Of a stretch of 64,000 nt of DNA, positions 63,290 through 64,000 are shown piece after piece (position 1 is the first letter of the stretch; each line of letters starts with the position of its first letter). The position numbers and the translations under genes were made by a program. Source of the stretch: Aplysia californica (taxonomy: Eukaryota); assembly GCF_000002075.1 (NCBI RefSeq), contig NW_004797676.1, positions 505,853-569,852 on the forward strand, written 5' to 3'. The notes beneath the pieces were generated by a model. The model did not search any database and was not told the DNA's origin. It saw only the letters and a list, made by a program, of their open reading frames with translations.

Positions 63290-63795
63290 GGAGTTAAGGT
63301 GTTGGCCTCTCTTTCAAAGATCTCGGGTTCGAATCCGGGTAGTGACCCAAGAATTTTCTTCTCTAAAATTGTCTCCTTTCACCTACTTCCTGCTCTCTAG
63401 CAATGTTCTTTCGTCTGCTTTCGTCTCCTCTTTCTACCCCCTCCCCCTTACCTCCTTTGCCCCCTTCTCTGGGCTCCTGACTCTTTCTGCAGTCTTTTTA
63501 CTGCTACTCCTTGGCTCCTTCTTACTGCTGTCTTTCAGCCACACCCCTGGTCTTCTGGTAGGAAAGATCTACACCTAGCCTTCTCGGACAAGGGCGAAAA
63601 ATCTCCGAGGGCTCTTGTGCACATTGCACCCATTAAAGATCCCTTTGTGGTCTAAAATCGATAAGAGTAGGCTTCGGCCGCCACCCGGGTAAAATTAAAA
63701 AATTTCCTGCAAACTGAAAATATTAGTGTGTGTCCCGCGCGCTCATATGACCTTACGCAGTTGTGAGCGCCGTAAAACACTTACCAAAAAAAAAA
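63290..63795 (+). mobile_element. Same SINE family (5' end in gap)
   Basis: GGTTCGAATCC B box, ATTAAAGATCCC core, tail ...CGCCGTAAAACACTTACC(A)n. Confidence 0.8.
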
Positions 63796-64000
63796 GTTAA
63801 TAAATGTGTTATGTTAGAGTGTGTCTCTACCAAAACCAATAACTGACACTGGCAGGCCCCTTGTGTGTGACTCCAAAACTTACATGTAATATCCTGTACT
63901 TTTTCTTGAAATACACACGTTTAGGGTTGAAACATCCAGTCTTCAGTTAGGTGGACACACGCCCTTATTTGCTAATTTTTGTTGTTGTTTATGTGCTATT

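Overview
Repeat-rich, intron-containing animal genomic DNA, probably lophotrochozoan/gastropod-like (inferred only from repeat types), with two assembly gaps (51275-51802, 63126-63289). Four host genes are visible. (1) A + strand gene (visible exons 4591-8222) encodes a chromodomain, an LBR-like RS-rich region and one transmembrane helix, making it a candidate chromatin-nuclear envelope tether. (2) A - strand 667-aa basic, low-complexity protein of unknown function is encoded by one exon (24783-22780). (3) CDT1 (- strand, 56849-41890) has ten visible exons, one conserved exon probably in the gap, and a clear U12-type intron. (4) GPATCH3 exon 1 lies head-to-head with CDT1 across a ~470-bp region carrying E2F-like sites. 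Mobile DNA includes a near-intact RTE LINE with one frameshift nested in a Tigger-like MITE, a degenerate pogo-family transposase with a C-terminal PHD finger, Tigger and Sola-like relics, several MITE families, and Nin/Deu-, Meta- and CORE-like SINEs. All family assignments come from motif recognition by eye; no searches were run.
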